Below are positions 38,808 to 49,599 of a DNA stretch of 64,000 bases, one piece after another. The notes beneath the pieces were generated by a model, which was not told the origin of the DNA, did no database searches, and saw nothing but the letters and a program-made list of their open reading frames with translations. The first letter of the stretch is position 1. Each line of letters begins with the position of its first letter. The DNA comes from an uncultured Aliarcobacter sp. (GTDB lineage: Bacteria; Campylobacterota; Campylobacteria; Campylobacterales; Arcobacteraceae). The stretch is taken from assembly GCA_963677435.1 (NCBI GenBank), contig OY781945.1:2880001-2944000 (forward strand). The letters run 5' to 3'. Made by a program: the position numbers and the translations under genes.

Positions 38808-39886
38808 TGGCAATTTATAAAAAACTAGAAGCAAAACCAGCTCCTAAGGGAACTAAAGGAGTTGGAAAATGGATACAAGAAAATCTATTTCCATCTTTTA
38901 CTAGTTCTATTTTAACTATTTTATCGATTCTATTACTTTGCTATATTATTCCTCCATTATTAGACTGGATGGTTTTTGATGCAACTTGGTCAGGAACAAA
39001 AGAAGAGATAACAAAACATGGTGCTAGATGGATTTTTATTTATGAAAAATTCAATCAGTTTATTTATGGTTTTTATCCAGAAGAGTTATACTGGAGACCA
39101 AATCTTATTTTAGCTTATTTTATAGCTTCAATAATAGTATTTAAGAAAATCAATCATATTAAAGTAAGAGCCGCAGTACTTATTTTATTTCCAATTGTTT
39201 CGTTTGTTTTACTTTATGGTGGATTCGGATTAGAAATAGTTCCAACTACAAAATGGGGTGGATTATTACTTACTATTGTAGTTGCAGCTGTGGGTATTGT
39301 TGTATCTTTTCCAATAGGAATAATATTTGCTCTTGGACGACAATCTAAAATGCCAATTATTAAAACAATAAGTGTTATTTATATTGAATTTATTAGGGGT
39401 GTTCCTTTAATTACTTTACTGTTTATGTCATCTGTAATTCTTCCATTATTTTTCCCTGAGGGTATGAATTTTGATAAATTACTTAGAGCATTAATTGGTG
39501 TTACTCTTTTTCAAGCTGCATATATTGCAGAAGTAGTTAGGGGTGGATTACAAGCTATTCCAAAAGGACAATATGAAGCATGTGATTCAATTGGTCTTTC
39601 ATATTGGCAAGCAATGGGCTTAGTAATTTTGCCACAAGCACTTAAAATTTCAATTCCAAATATAGTTGGATCGTTTGTTGCTTTATTTAAAGATACAACA
39701 TTAGTTTTAATTATTGGATTATTTGATGTTTTAGCAATGGTAACATTAACAACAAAAGATCCTCATTGGTTAGGATTTGAAACAGAGGGTTATGTTTTTG
39801 TAACCATCATTTATTGGATTATTTGTTTTAGTATGTCGAAATATGCACAATCAGTAGAAAACAAATTTAATACAGATCATAAATAG
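38807..39886 (+). CDS. aapM: General amino acid ABC permease
   Basis: WGGLLLT, EFIRGVPLI, AEVVRGGLQAIPKGQYEA, FKDTTLV. Confidence 0.9.
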   Translation: MAIYKKLEAKPAPKGTKGVGKWIQENLFPSFTSSILTILSILLLCYIIPPLLDWMVFDATWSGTKEEITKHGARWIFIYEKFNQFIYGFYPEELYWRPNLILAYFIASIIVFKKINHIKVRAAVLILFPIVSFVLLYGGFGLEIVPTTKWGGLLLTIVVAAVGIVVSFPIGIIFALGRQSKMPIIKTISVIYIEFIRGVPLITLLFMSSVILPLFFPEGMNFDKLLRALIGVTLFQAAYIAEVVRGGLQAIPKGQYEACDSIGLSYWQAMGLVILPQALKISIPNIVGSFVALFKDTTLVLIIGLFDVLAMVTLTTKDPHWLGFETEGYVFVTIIYWIICFSMSKYAQSVENKFNTDHK

Positions 39887-39901
39887 GAATAGGAAAAGAT
39901 T

Positions 39902-40648
39902 ATGAGTAATTTAGATTATATGATAGAAATGACTAATGTTAACAAATGGTATGGTAATTTTCATGTACTAAAAGATGTTAACTTAAGAGTTAAAAAAGGT
40001 GAAAGAATAGTTATTTGTGGACCTTCAGGTTCTGGTAAATCTACAACTATTAGATGTATGAATAGACTTGAAGCTTTTCAAGAGGGTGAATTATATGTTG
40101 CTGGTTTAGAAATGACTGAAGATGTAAAAAGAATTAGAGACATAAGAACTCATGTTGGTATGGTATTTCAACATTTTAATCTTTTCCCACATCTTTCAAT
40201 TTTAGAAAATCTTATTTTAGCTCCAACTTGGGTAGGTAAAGTTCCAAGAAAAAAAGCTATAGAAACTGCAATGTATTATCTTGAAAGGGTAAAAATTGCA
40301 GAACAAGCACATAAGTTTCCAAATCAATTATCAGGGGGACAACAACAGCGTGTTGCAATTGCTAGATGTTTATGTATTAACCCTGATATTATGTTATTTG
40401 ATGAACCAACATCTGCACTTGACCCTGAAATGATTGGAGAAGTTCTAGATGTTATGACAGAACTAGCAGATGAAGGAATTACAATGGTTTGTGTAACTCA
40501 TGAAATGGGATTTGCAAAAAAAGTTGCCGATAGAGTAATTTTTATGGATGCAGGACAAATAGTAGAAGAAAATACTCCAAAAGAGTTCTTTGAAAATCCT
40601 CAATCAGATAGATTAAAACTATTCTTGGAGCAAATCCTAGACCACTAA
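39902..40648 (+). CDS. aapP: General amino acid ABC ATP-binding protein
   Basis: [34 protein letters not shown]. Confidence 0.92.
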   Translation: MSNLDYMIEMTNVNKWYGNFHVLKDVNLRVKKGERIVICGPSGSGKSTTIRCMNRLEAFQEGELYVAGLEMTEDVKRIRDIRTHVGMVFQHFNLFPHLSILENLILAPTWVGKVPRKKAIETAMYYLERVKIAEQAHKFPNQLSGGQQQRVAIARCLCINPDIMLFDEPTSALDPEMIGEVLDVMTELADEGITMVCVTHEMGFAKKVADRVIFMDAGQIVEENTPKEFFENPQSDRLKLFLEQILDH

Positions 40649-40663
40649 AAATAAGGATAGTTG

Positions 40664-41278
40664 ATGTCATTAGTGAGTATATTTACATTTGCAGGTGCAA
40701 TGTTTTTATTAGCAGTTACTCCAGGTCCTGGGGTATTTGCTACAATTTCAAGAGCTTTAGCTTCAGGTTTTGCTAATGCTTCATTTGTAGTATTAGGAAT
40801 AGTGCTTGGTGATATTATTTTTCTATTACTAGCTATTTTTGGTCTTAGTGCCATTGCAACTGTTTTAGGTGATTTTTTTATACTTGTTAAATATTTAGGT
40901 GGAATATATCTTCTATTTTTAGCATATAAAATTTTAACTGCAAAAGAGATTGAAACAAATTTAGAAGCAATTCATGAATTATCTTGGAAAAAAAATTTCA
41001 TCTCAGGACTTTTAATAACATTGAGTAATCCTAAAGTAATTCTATTTTATTTAGGTTTTTTACCAACTTTTATAAATTTACAAACTTTAAGCACACTTGA
41101 TATTGTTATTATCTCAGTAATAGTAACTTTCGTACTTGGTGGAGTAATGCTAACTTATGCCTATAGCGCAAGTGGTGCAAGAAATCTATTTAAAAGTAAA
41201 AGTGCAAAAAGAAAAATGAATATACTTGCAGGAACTGTAATGATGACAGCTGGTGGTGCGTTAATTATTAAAGCATAA
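40664..41278 (+). CDS. LysE/RhtB-family amino acid exporter
   Basis: TPGPG, VKYLGGIYL, LSNPK. Confidence 0.9.
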   Translation: MSLVSIFTFAGAMFLLAVTPGPGVFATISRALASGFANASFVVLGIVLGDIIFLLLAIFGLSAIATVLGDFFILVKYLGGIYLLFLAYKILTAKEIETNLEAIHELSWKKNFISGLLITLSNPKVILFYLGFLPTFINLQTLSTLDIVIISVIVTFVLGGVMLTYAYSASGARNLFKSKSAKRKMNILAGTVMMTAGGALIIKA

Positions 41279-41312
41279 AACTTTAATAAATTCTAATCTT
41301 AGGATTATATAA

Positions 41313-42677
41313 ATGACTATTTTTAATCTTTTTAAAATAGGTATAGGACCTTCAAGTTCACATACAGTAGGTCCAATGTTAATAGCAAAAAATTTTTGTG
41401 AAACAATAAAAAATCAAAATCTCTTTAATGATATTACTAGAATAAAAGTAGAACTTTTTGGCTCACTAGGCTCTACTGGAGTTGGACATCAAAGTGATGT
41501 TGCAGTAATTTTAGGACTATTAGGGAATATTCCTAAAAGTGTTGACTTAGACAGCATTGACAAAACTATAAATGAAGTAAAAAAAAACTCTACTATTAAA
41601 CTTCTAAATGAAAAAATAATAAACTTTTCTTTTAAAAATGATTTAATTTTACATAAAAACAAAATTCTTCCTTTTCATCCAAATGCTATTAAACTAACTA
41701 TATACAAAGAGTTAGATGAATTATTTAATAAAACATATTATTCTATTGGTGGTGGAGAAATAACAAACGAAGATGAAATAAACAATGAATTAAAAGAGAC
41801 AAGTAATCTACCTTTTTCCTTCTCAAGTGCAAAAGAACTTTTACAGTTATGTAAAAAAAATTCTATGAGTATTAGTGAACTAATTTTAGAAAATGAAAAA
41901 ATATTTAAATCAAAAGAATCTATAGAAAATGACTTACTTGAAATTTGGCAAGTAATGAAAGAGTGTGTTCAAAATGGTTTAAAAGCAGATGGTACATTAA
42001 GAGGTGGACTAAATGTACCTAAAAGAGCTTTTAATCTTTATACTAAATTAATAAATAAACAAGACAATGACCCTTTAGTTTTTATGGATTGGGTAAATCT
42101 TTTTGCAATTGCCGTAAACGAAGAAAATGCAAGTACAAAAAGAGTGGTAACTGCTCCTACAAATGGAGCTGCTGGAATTATTCCAGCGGTTATGCATTAT
42201 ATTATTAAATTTTTACTAAAAGAAGATGAGAATGAAAATGAAGTTGCAATAAACTTTTTATTAACAGCTGGTGCCATTGGACTTTTATATCAAAAAAATG
42301 CTTCTATTTCAGGTGCGGATGTTGGATGCCAAGGTGAAGTTGGTGTTGCTTGTTCTATGGCAGCAGCTGGACTTGCACAATATTTAGGAGCTACAATTGA
42401 ACAAACAGAATATGCAGCAGAAATTGGAATGGAACACAATTTAGGACTTACTTGTGACCCAATTGGTGGATTGGTTCAAATACCTTGTATTGAAAGAAAT
42501 GCTATGGGAGCTGTAAAAGCTATAAATGCTGCAAGAATGGCACTGAATTCTGATGGAAAACACTATGTTTCTCTGGATTCAGTAATAAAAACTATGTATG
42601 ACACAGGTAAAGATATGAAAAAGAAATATAAAGAGACTTCACAAGGTGGACTTGCTGTTCACTATGTTGAATGTTAA
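41313..42677 (+). CDS. sdaA: L-serine ammonia-lyase (Fe-S)
   Basis: [44 protein letters not shown]. Confidence 0.96.
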   Translation: MTIFNLFKIGIGPSSSHTVGPMLIAKNFCETIKNQNLFNDITRIKVELFGSLGSTGVGHQSDVAVILGLLGNIPKSVDLDSIDKTINEVKKNSTIKLLNEKIINFSFKNDLILHKNKILPFHPNAIKLTIYKELDELFNKTYYSIGGGEITNEDEINNELKETSNLPFSFSSAKELLQLCKKNSMSISELILENEKIFKSKESIENDLLEIWQVMKECVQNGLKADGTLRGGLNVPKRAFNLYTKLINKQDNDPLVFMDWVNLFAIAVNEENASTKRVVTAPTNGAAGIIPAVMHYIIKFLLKEDENENEVAINFLLTAGAIGLLYQKNASISGADVGCQGEVGVACSMAAAGLAQYLGATIEQTEYAAEIGMEHNLGLTCDPIGGLVQIPCIERNAMGAVKAINAARMALNSDGKHYVSLDSVIKTMYDTGKDMKKKYKETSQGGLAVHYVEC

Positions 42678-42699
42678 TAAATAATTTAAAGGATTCAAA

Positions 42700-44940
42700 A
42701 TGATAAATAATTCAATAAATAAAAAGTTCTCACTTTTAATTGGAATCACTCTTGTTATTGTAATGATTATCTTTACAATCATCATGATAAGAAGTATAAA
42801 AACTAAAGTCATAGATGATTTAGAAATTAATTTGCAAACACAAGCAGAAAACTATCTTAGAACTGCACGAATTTATAATGATTCATTAGAAGTAAATGCC
42901 TTAACACTTTTTAATGTGTTTGAAAAATCTTTTTTAAATTTACGAATAAGAGATGCTAGTACTATTAAAATAAATGGTGTTGAAACATTAACACTTTATG
43001 ATGGATTTGTTGGATTAAATAAAACCTTCGATAAAGTTGATCGTTTTAAAGAATTAACAGGTGCAGTTGCAGCTGCATATGTTAAAGATAAAAATGATTA
43101 TATAAATATCTCTTCTTCAATTTTAGATGAAAATGGTGAGAGAATATTATTAAATAAAATTGATCCTAATGAAGATATTTTTAAAACTATTGAAAATAAA
43201 GAAAAATATATAGGTTTAGAAAAAATTGCTGGAAAAACTTATATGTCAATTTATTCTCCAATTATAAAAAATGATCAAATTATTGGAGCTTTATATATTG
43301 GTTACGATTTTACAAAAGGTTTAGAAACTCTAAAAAATGAATTAAGAAAAGTTGTTATTGGAGATACTGGTTATATCTATATTCTTGATAAAAAAGGAAA
43401 TTTAGTTCTTCATAAATCTTTAGAAGGTAAAAATGTATTTAATTTAAAAGATGCTGATGACAAAAATTTTATTCAAGAAATTATAAAAAATAAAAATGGG
43501 GTAATACATTATAACTATGTTGATAAAGATAAAAAAACTAAAAAAATTGCAGCATATACTACTTATGATAAATGGAAATGGACAATAATTGTAGGTTCAA
43601 ATGAAAATGAATTTTTAGCAATATCAGAACAAGTTCAAATCATGTTTATCTTTGCAACTATTATTTTAATAGTTCTTTTACAAACTATTATATATATTTT
43701 GATGACTAAGATGGTATCTAATCCATTAGAAAAATTCCAAAACGGATTGTTAGATTTCTTTGCCTATATTAATCAAACAAAAGATGATGTATCAAAAATT
43801 GATATTAAAACAGAAGATGAAATTGGTAAAATGGCAAAAGTAATTAATGAAAATATTGAAGCTACAAAAGTTAATTTGACAGAAGATAAAAATCTTATTT
43901 CAAATGTAAAAGAAGTTGTAAATGAAATAAGTAAAGGATACTTAAATAAAAGAATTCAAAGTTCTAGTAATACAACTTCTTTAAATGAGTTAAAAGAACT
44001 TATAAATAATATGCTAAATAACTTAGAAAATTTTGTAGGAAAAGATATAAATCAACTTAGTTTAGTTTTAGAGCATTATTCAAATAAAGATTTTACAAAA
44101 ACTCTGAAAAAAGAGATAAATGGTAAAATAGGTCATGAAATAGCAATTATGAATAATATAATCACTGAAATGTTATTAAATAATCAAGAAGATGGATTAA
44201 AACTAAGAGATACTTCAAATGAATTATCAAATAATGTTTCACTGTTAAGTCAAAATGCAACGAATCAAGCAGCTTCATTGGAAGAGATTGCAGCTTCAAT
44301 TACTGAAGTTACTGAAAATGTAAATCAAACAAGCCAAAAAGCACAAAGTATGTTTGCTATATCTTCTCAAACACAAAAATCTTCAAATTCAGGTAAAGAA
44401 TTAGCTACTAAAACTGTTTCATCAATGGATCAAATAAATGAAAAAGTTCAAACTATTAGTCAATCAATTGCCGTAATTGACCAAATTGCTTTCCAAACAA
44501 ATATTCTTTCATTAAATGCTGCTGTTGAAGCAGCAACTGCAGGAGAAGCTGGAAAAGGATTTGCAGTTGTTGCAGCAGAAGTGAGAAATCTAGCAGCAAG
44601 AAGTGCAGAAGCAGCTAGACAGATTAAAGAATTAGTAGAATCAGCTAGTCGGCAAACTCTTGAAGGAAAAGAGATTAGTACAAATATGATTGCAGGATTT
44701 GAAAAATTAGAAGAAAAAATAAATGAAACAAATATTATTATCAATGATGTTGCAACTGGAGCAAAAGAGCAAACAGCAGCAATGATTAGTATTAGCGAAA
44801 CAATAAATAATTTAGATAGATTTACTCAACAAAATGCTCAAGTAGCAGATGAAACTAATAAAATTTCAAGCGATACAAATGAGATTGCAAATAAAGTTGT
44901 AGAAAATGTAAATGAAAGTAAATTTATAGGGAAAAAATAG
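42700..44940 (+). CDS. Methyl-accepting chemotaxis protein with Cache domains
   Basis: Two TM segments, Cache motifs (GYIYILD, YDKWKWTI), IAFQTNILSLNAAVEAATAGEAGKGFAVVA. Confidence 0.95.
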   Translation: MINNSINKKFSLLIGITLVIVMIIFTIIMIRSIKTKVIDDLEINLQTQAENYLRTARIYNDSLEVNALTLFNVFEKSFLNLRIRDASTIKINGVETLTLYDGFVGLNKTFDKVDRFKELTGAVAAAYVKDKNDYINISSSILDENGERILLNKIDPNEDIFKTIENKEKYIGLEKIAGKTYMSIYSPIIKNDQIIGALYIGYDFTKGLETLKNELRKVVIGDTGYIYILDKKGNLVLHKSLEGKNVFNLKDADDKNFIQEIIKNKNGVIHYNYVDKDKKTKKIAAYTTYDKWKWTIIVGSNENEFLAISEQVQIMFIFATIILIVLLQTIIYILMTKMVSNPLEKFQNGLLDFFAYINQTKDDVSKIDIKTEDEIGKMAKVINENIEATKVNLTEDKNLISNVKEVVNEISKGYLNKRIQSSSNTTSLNELKELINNMLNNLENFVGKDINQLSLVLEHYSNKDFTKTLKKEINGKIGHEIAIMNNIITEMLLNNQEDGLKLRDTSNELSNNVSLLSQNATNQAASLEEIAASITEVTENVNQTSQKAQSMFAISSQTQKSSNSGKELATKTVSSMDQINEKVQTISQSIAVIDQIAFQTNILSLNAAVEAATAGEAGKGFAVVAAEVRNLAARSAEAARQIKELVESASRQTLEGKEISTNMIAGFEKLEEKINETNIIINDVATGAKEQTAAMISISETINNLDRFTQQNAQVADETNKISSDTNEIANKVVENVNESKFIGKK

Positions 44941-44955
44941 ATTTTAAATAGGAAT

Positions 44956-45585
44956 TTAGGTTGAAGCTAACCAAATTCCTATTCCTATCATCATTGAACC
45001 AGCAATTTTATTTAATAGTTTTACATTTGAAGAATTTTGTAATAACTTTCTCAAAGTTCTTCCCCCACTTGCATATATAATCAAACATGAAAATTCCAAT
45101 GAAAGTATTAATATAATTAAAACTGTTAACTGTGGTACAAAAGCTAATTTCTCATCTATAAAAGGTGGTAAAAGAGCTATAAAAAAAGCCCAACCTTTTG
45201 GATTTGCAATTGCTGTTATAAAACCTTGCATTGCAAGATTCTTTTTTGAAACATTAAAACTACAACCTTCTAAATTTAAAGCCATTTTTCCCCTTGATAG
45301 CCACATTGAAATACCAAGATAGATTAAATAAGCTCCACCTGCATATTTTAAAACAATAAAAATTGTTGGATGATTTAGCATAATAGTAGCAACTCCTATC
45401 ACAGAAGAAGTAGCAACAAGAGCAACTCCAAAAAGTTCACCTGCCATCATGTACATGGTTCTTTTCAAACCTATACTCATTCCCATACTCAAAGCAAGTG
45501 TCATACACATTCCAGGTGTAATTGAAACAAAAAAGAAAGTTGGTATAAATATTGCTAAAATTGATAAATTTATATAATCAAACAT
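44956..45585 (-). CDS. LysE/RhtB-family exporter
   Basis: SITPG, LKYAGGAYL, ANPKG. Confidence 0.9.
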   Translation of the reverse strand: MFDYINLSILAIFIPTFFFVSITPGMCMTLALSMGMSIGLKRTMYMMAGELFGVALVATSSVIGVATIMLNHPTIFIVLKYAGGAYLIYLGISMWLSRGKMALNLEGCSFNVSKKNLAMQGFITAIANPKGWAFFIALLPPFIDEKLAFVPQLTVLIILILSLEFSCLIIYASGGRTLRKLLQNSSNVKLLNKIAGSMMIGIGIWLAST

Positions 45586-45631
45586 GAGAGTTCCTTTTAA
45601 AAAAGGAAAAATTATACAGAAGTATTATTAA

Positions 45632-45665
45632 TTTAAAGCCAATAAATTAAATTATTGACTTTAAA
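45632..45665 (-). terminator. Probable terminator after ald
   Basis: tttaaagccaataa...ttattgactttaaa inverted repeat. Confidence 0.45.
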
Positions 45666-45678
45666 CAATTTGTGATGA

Positions 45679-46785
45679 TCAGAAAGTTATAGGCTCATAT
45701 GCAATATTTAAACTTTTTGCAACTGCTTCATTTGTTAATTTTCCATCATAAGTATTAAGACCATTTAATAAGTGTTTATCATCAGTTAATGCTTTTTCTA
45801 AACCTTTATTAGCTATTGCCAAACCATGTCTTAATGTAGTTGCTGTTAATGCTAAAGTAGAAGTTAAAGAAACAGCTCCTGGCATATTTGCAACACAATA
45901 ATGTAATACATCATTTACCACATAAGTTGGATTATCATGATATGTAGCTTTTGATGTTTCAAAACAACCACCTTGGTCAATTGCAACATCAACTACAACT
46001 GCATTTTTCTTCATAAGTTTTAAATCATCTTTAGAGATAAGTTTAGGAGCAACAGCACCTGGAATTAAAACAGCCCCTATTACTAAATCTGCTTCTTTGA
46101 TTGATTTTAAGATATTTGATCTATTTGAAAATAGTGTATTTACTTTTGAACCAAATAAATCATCATAATATGCCAATCTTGAAGCTGAAATATCCATAAC
46201 TGTAACATTTGCACCAAGTCCAACACACATTTTACAAGCATTAAGTCCAACAATTCCACCACCAATAATTAGCACATTACCTTTTTGAACACCAGGAACT
46301 CCACCTAATAAAACTCCCCTTCCACCAAATGGTTTTTCTAAATATTTTGCTCCCTCTTGAGCTGCAAGTCTTCCTGCGATTTCACTCATAGGAGTTAAAC
46401 AAGGTAAACCACCCTCAGCAGATGTAATAGTTTCATAAGCTACAGCTTTTATCTTTTTAGCTAATAACATCTCAGCTTGTGGTTTATCAGCAGCTATATG
46501 CAAATAAGTGTATAAGATATGACCTTCATGGAAGAAGTCATATTCCTCTGGCAACGGCTCTTTTACTTTTACAATCATTTCAGAATCATCAAAAAGTTTT
46601 TGTTTGTCTTCAACAATTGTACCACCAGCTTTTACATACTCTTCATTTTCAAAACCAGCTCCAATACCTGCATCAATTTCTACAAAAACTGTATGACCAT
46701 TTTTTACATATCCTGCCACATCATCTGGTGTTAAACCAACTCTATACTCATGTACTTTAATCTCTTTTACTAATCCAATTTTCAT
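45679..46785 (-). CDS. ald: Alanine dehydrogenase
   Basis: KEIKVHEYRV, VKVKEP, PMSEIAGR, GGGIVG, DVAIDQGGC, HYCVANMPG. Confidence 0.96.
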   Translation of the reverse strand: MKIGLVKEIKVHEYRVGLTPDDVAGYVKNGHTVFVEIDAGIGAGFENEEYVKAGGTIVEDKQKLFDDSEMIVKVKEPLPEEYDFFHEGHILYTYLHIAADKPQAEMLLAKKIKAVAYETITSAEGGLPCLTPMSEIAGRLAAQEGAKYLEKPFGGRGVLLGGVPGVQKGNVLIIGGGIVGLNACKMCVGLGANVTVMDISASRLAYYDDLFGSKVNTLFSNRSNILKSIKEADLVIGAVLIPGAVAPKLISKDDLKLMKKNAVVVDVAIDQGGCFETSKATYHDNPTYVVNDVLHYCVANMPGAVSLTSTLALTATTLRHGLAIANKGLEKALTDDKHLLNGLNTYDGKLTNEAVAKSLNIAYEPITF

Positions 46786-46796
46786 CTTTTTCCCTT

Positions 46797-47930
46797 TTAA
46801 TTAAATATTTTTTTATGTGAGTTACTTACAAATCTTTTTAAAAAGTAAGCAATAAAGCCTTTTACTTTCATACCTAAAACTATTCCAACAGTATTTTTAT
46901 TTGCTAAATCTATCATTACTCCTTTGGTTTCAGATTCATTTTTCAATAAACTATTTCCACTTATTGAATTTATTATATTTTGTGCTGTTAATTTTCCATG
47001 TATTTTTGCTATTTGAGCTGTTGGCAAAGTATAATTGCCATTTTTGTCTTTTGTTTGAGCGATATCACCAATAACAAATACCTCTTTGTAATTGATTAAT
47101 CTTAAATATTCATCAACAATAAACTGATTTTTTACATTAATTTGTACATTTTCATCGCTTACAAGTTTTTCACTTGTCACTCCAATTAAAAATAAAACCA
47201 TATCAAAAGGAATTTTTCTTGAGTCACTTAAATAAATAGTATTATCTTTTACTTCACTAACAAATGCACCGTGATATCTTTTTATATTACATTCATCACA
47301 AGCTTCTCTTGTTTTATTTACTAAAAAAGGATCCATATTTGGTAAAATATCTGGTAATTGCTCTATTAAAGAGATTTGACACTGTGTAGTTGGAATCTTT
47401 TTTTCTTTTAAAGTATTAGCAAATTCAAGGGCAATTTCAATACCTGATAATCCACCACCAATTATTGCTATGTTTTTATTCTCTTTTTGTAGTTCTAATA
47501 AATCTAAAAATTTTTCTCTTTGCTGTTTTAAAATATTAATATCTTTTATATCAGAGGCATACTCTTGAATATTTTTTATTTGTTTTGGGAAAAAAGATAC
47601 ACTTCCTGTTGCAATTACTAAATAATCATAACTAACAGCTTGTTTATTTTCTAAAAGAACACACTTTTTATCAAAGGCAATATCTTCAACATTAGCTTTG
47701 ATAAACTTTATTTTTTTATTTTCACAATATGTATTCAAATCAAAAGCCACTTCTTCAAATGTGCATTGAGAACTTATAAATTTATGAATATCTGTTTGAT
47801 GTAAATGAAATGAATTTTTATTTATTAATATTATTTCTAAATCATTATTATTTCTTATATTTTCAATTAAAGAAATTCCACTATATCCAGCACCTACAAT
47901 TACAACTCTTTTTTTAATTTTATTAAACAT
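46797..47930 (-). CDS. NDH-2-like NAD(P)/FAD-dependent oxidoreductase
   Basis: VIVGAGYSG, YDYLVIATGS, IIGGGLSGIE, VFVIGD, PTAQIA. Confidence 0.85.
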   Translation of the reverse strand: MFNKIKKRVVIVGAGYSGISLIENIRNNNDLEIILINKNSFHLHQTDIHKFISSQCTFEEVAFDLNTYCENKKIKFIKANVEDIAFDKKCVLLENKQAVSYDYLVIATGSVSFFPKQIKNIQEYASDIKDINILKQQREKFLDLLELQKENKNIAIIGGGLSGIEIALEFANTLKEKKIPTTQCQISLIEQLPDILPNMDPFLVNKTREACDECNIKRYHGAFVSEVKDNTIYLSDSRKIPFDMVLFLIGVTSEKLVSDENVQINVKNQFIVDEYLRLINYKEVFVIGDIAQTKDKNGNYTLPTAQIAKIHGKLTAQNIINSISGNSLLKNESETKGVMIDLANKNTVGIVLGMKVKGFIAYFLKRFVSNSHKKIFN

Positions 47931-48142
47931 TTTTTATCCACTTTATTAAATTAAATTAAAATATATCCTATTTGTTTAATATATTTTAAATAATATTAAA
48001 ATATTAGCATATATTTTTAAATTAAACTACATTATTTGTAAACTTTTTATACAATTTTTTAATTAGATTAAATAAATTTGATATAAATTCATTTTAATGA
48101 CCTTTTTGATATACTTGATTTACTTAGTAAAAGGGTGATAAA

Positions 48143-48727
48143 TTGAAAGAAGAATTTGATGTAGGTAAAAAAATCAAGAAGTTAAGAACACGAAAAGGAA
48201 TGGCAGCAAAGCAATTAGCTAATGAAGCTGAAATATCTTTTGGAATGTTATCTCAACTTGAAAAAGGTTCAACGCAAGGCTCAGTTGAAACATTAAGAAA
48301 AATTGCAAAAGTTTTAGATGTTACACTAGCTCATTTATTCACTGATGAAGAAGATGTTAATTATATTAAAAATATTGAAGATGAATCATTTTATATCGTA
48401 AGAGCAGATAAAAGGAAAAAAATATCTTTCCCTGATCCTTTATATAACTGTGAATTATTAGTACCGGACTTACAAGGGGAAGTTGAACTTTTACAGGTCA
48501 ACTTAGAACCATTTAGAATTACAGATGCTATTATTCCCCATACAAAAGGTGGAGAAGAGTGTGATTATGTATTAGATGGCGAAATTACTGTAACTTTAGG
48601 AGAGAAAGAATTTCTCTTAAAAAAAGGTGATTGTATTAGATTTGACCCAGAAATTCCACATAAAATAGAAAATCGAAGTGAAAACAAAGCTTCATATCTT
48701 TCGATTATAACTCCCGTATCTTTTTAG
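48143..48727 (+). CDS. XRE-family regulator with a cupin sensor domain
   Basis: HTH LSQLEKG..GSVETLRKIAKVL; cupin H..GEEC.YVLDG, GDCIRFD..IPH. Confidence 0.9.
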   Translation: MKEEFDVGKKIKKLRTRKGMAAKQLANEAEISFGMLSQLEKGSTQGSVETLRKIAKVLDVTLAHLFTDEEDVNYIKNIEDESFYIVRADKRKKISFPDPLYNCELLVPDLQGEVELLQVNLEPFRITDAIIPHTKGGEECDYVLDGEITVTLGEKEFLLKKGDCIRFDPEIPHKIENRSENKASYLSIITPVSF

Positions 48728-48847
48728 AAAAGTAAAATTAAAGATATAGTTCAAACTATTCTTTGATTTTATTCTTGAATTAACATTAAAAATCATCTAA
48801 ATAAAAATCTTATACAAACTTTTCACTAAAAAATAGTACTATTTTTT

Positions 48848-49225
48848 ATGAAAAAATTTATATTACTTGTATTCCTAATAAATCTAAATCTTTTTGCTTC
48901 AGATATTCAAGCAGCTTATGCAATAGGTATTTTTCATGAAAATGGAATGGGCGAAAATATTCAACATAAAAAAAGCACTGATCAAGATTATAATGGAATC
49001 TGCTTTTCTAAAATTGTTATTTTTGGAAATTATAGTTTACATTCAAAGATTGAAGTAATGATTGGAAATTCTCTTGGATACTTTGTAAGTAAAATTCCTA
49101 TTTACAATAATTATAAAATAAAAATTGGTGATGAATTAACTTTTAAGCACAATAATATAACTAAAGGTTATTTTGAAGTAAAAATTGATGGGAAACTATA
49201 TGACATAAAAGTTTTTATTAAATAA
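48848..49225 (+). CDS. Hypothetical exported protein
   Basis: Signal peptide-like N-terminus; no family recognised. Confidence 0.55.
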   Translation: MKKFILLVFLINLNLFASDIQAAYAIGIFHENGMGENIQHKKSTDQDYNGICFSKIVIFGNYSLHSKIEVMIGNSLGYFVSKIPIYNNYKIKIGDELTFKHNNITKGYFEVKIDGKLYDIKVFIK

Positions 49226-49312
49226 ATTATTTAATTTATTTATTAATTTTTAAATTTCAATAAAATTTTACAATCGTAGCATTAAAATAGCATTCTTTAA
49301 GTTTCAAGTCTG

Positions 49313-49490
49313 TATAATTACACAAATAAGAAGTTTTATCTACTTATCTCTCCTTAGTTAAAAATTATTGCACTTGTAACAATTTTTTTTAAGATGAAAC
49401 TTCTATTTTATTTTAACTACAAAATCAAAACTTAATAACATTAAATTCAATAAAATTTTAAAGTAAAATAGCAAAAGCTATTTTACTTAA
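49313..49490 (+). ncRNA. Candidate small RNA
   Basis: TATAAT (49313-49318), 13-bp stem 49329-49341/49392-49404 enclosing TCTCCTTA, terminal hairpin 49461-49488, all between convergent genes. Confidence 0.3.
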
Positions 49491-49566
49491 CTTACATAAG
49501 TTCAAATTATCAAACCTTTATATATAAATGGAATTTTTTATTTGTATTTTTAAATTAGTAGAATTA

Positions 49567-49599
49567 AAAGAGAAAAGAATTTAACTTCTTTTCTCTTTT
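49567..49599 (-). terminator. Terminator of serS
   Basis: aaaagagaaaagaa...ttcttttctcttt inverted repeat at the serS stop. Confidence 0.65.

Noticed and set aside
47931..48142. AT-only palindromes as an operator for the XRE regulator
   Set aside because: The region is almost entirely A/T, so such palindromes are expected by chance.
49394..49435. 13-codon ORF MKLLFYFNYKIKT
   Set aside because: No RBS upstream and no recognisable features.
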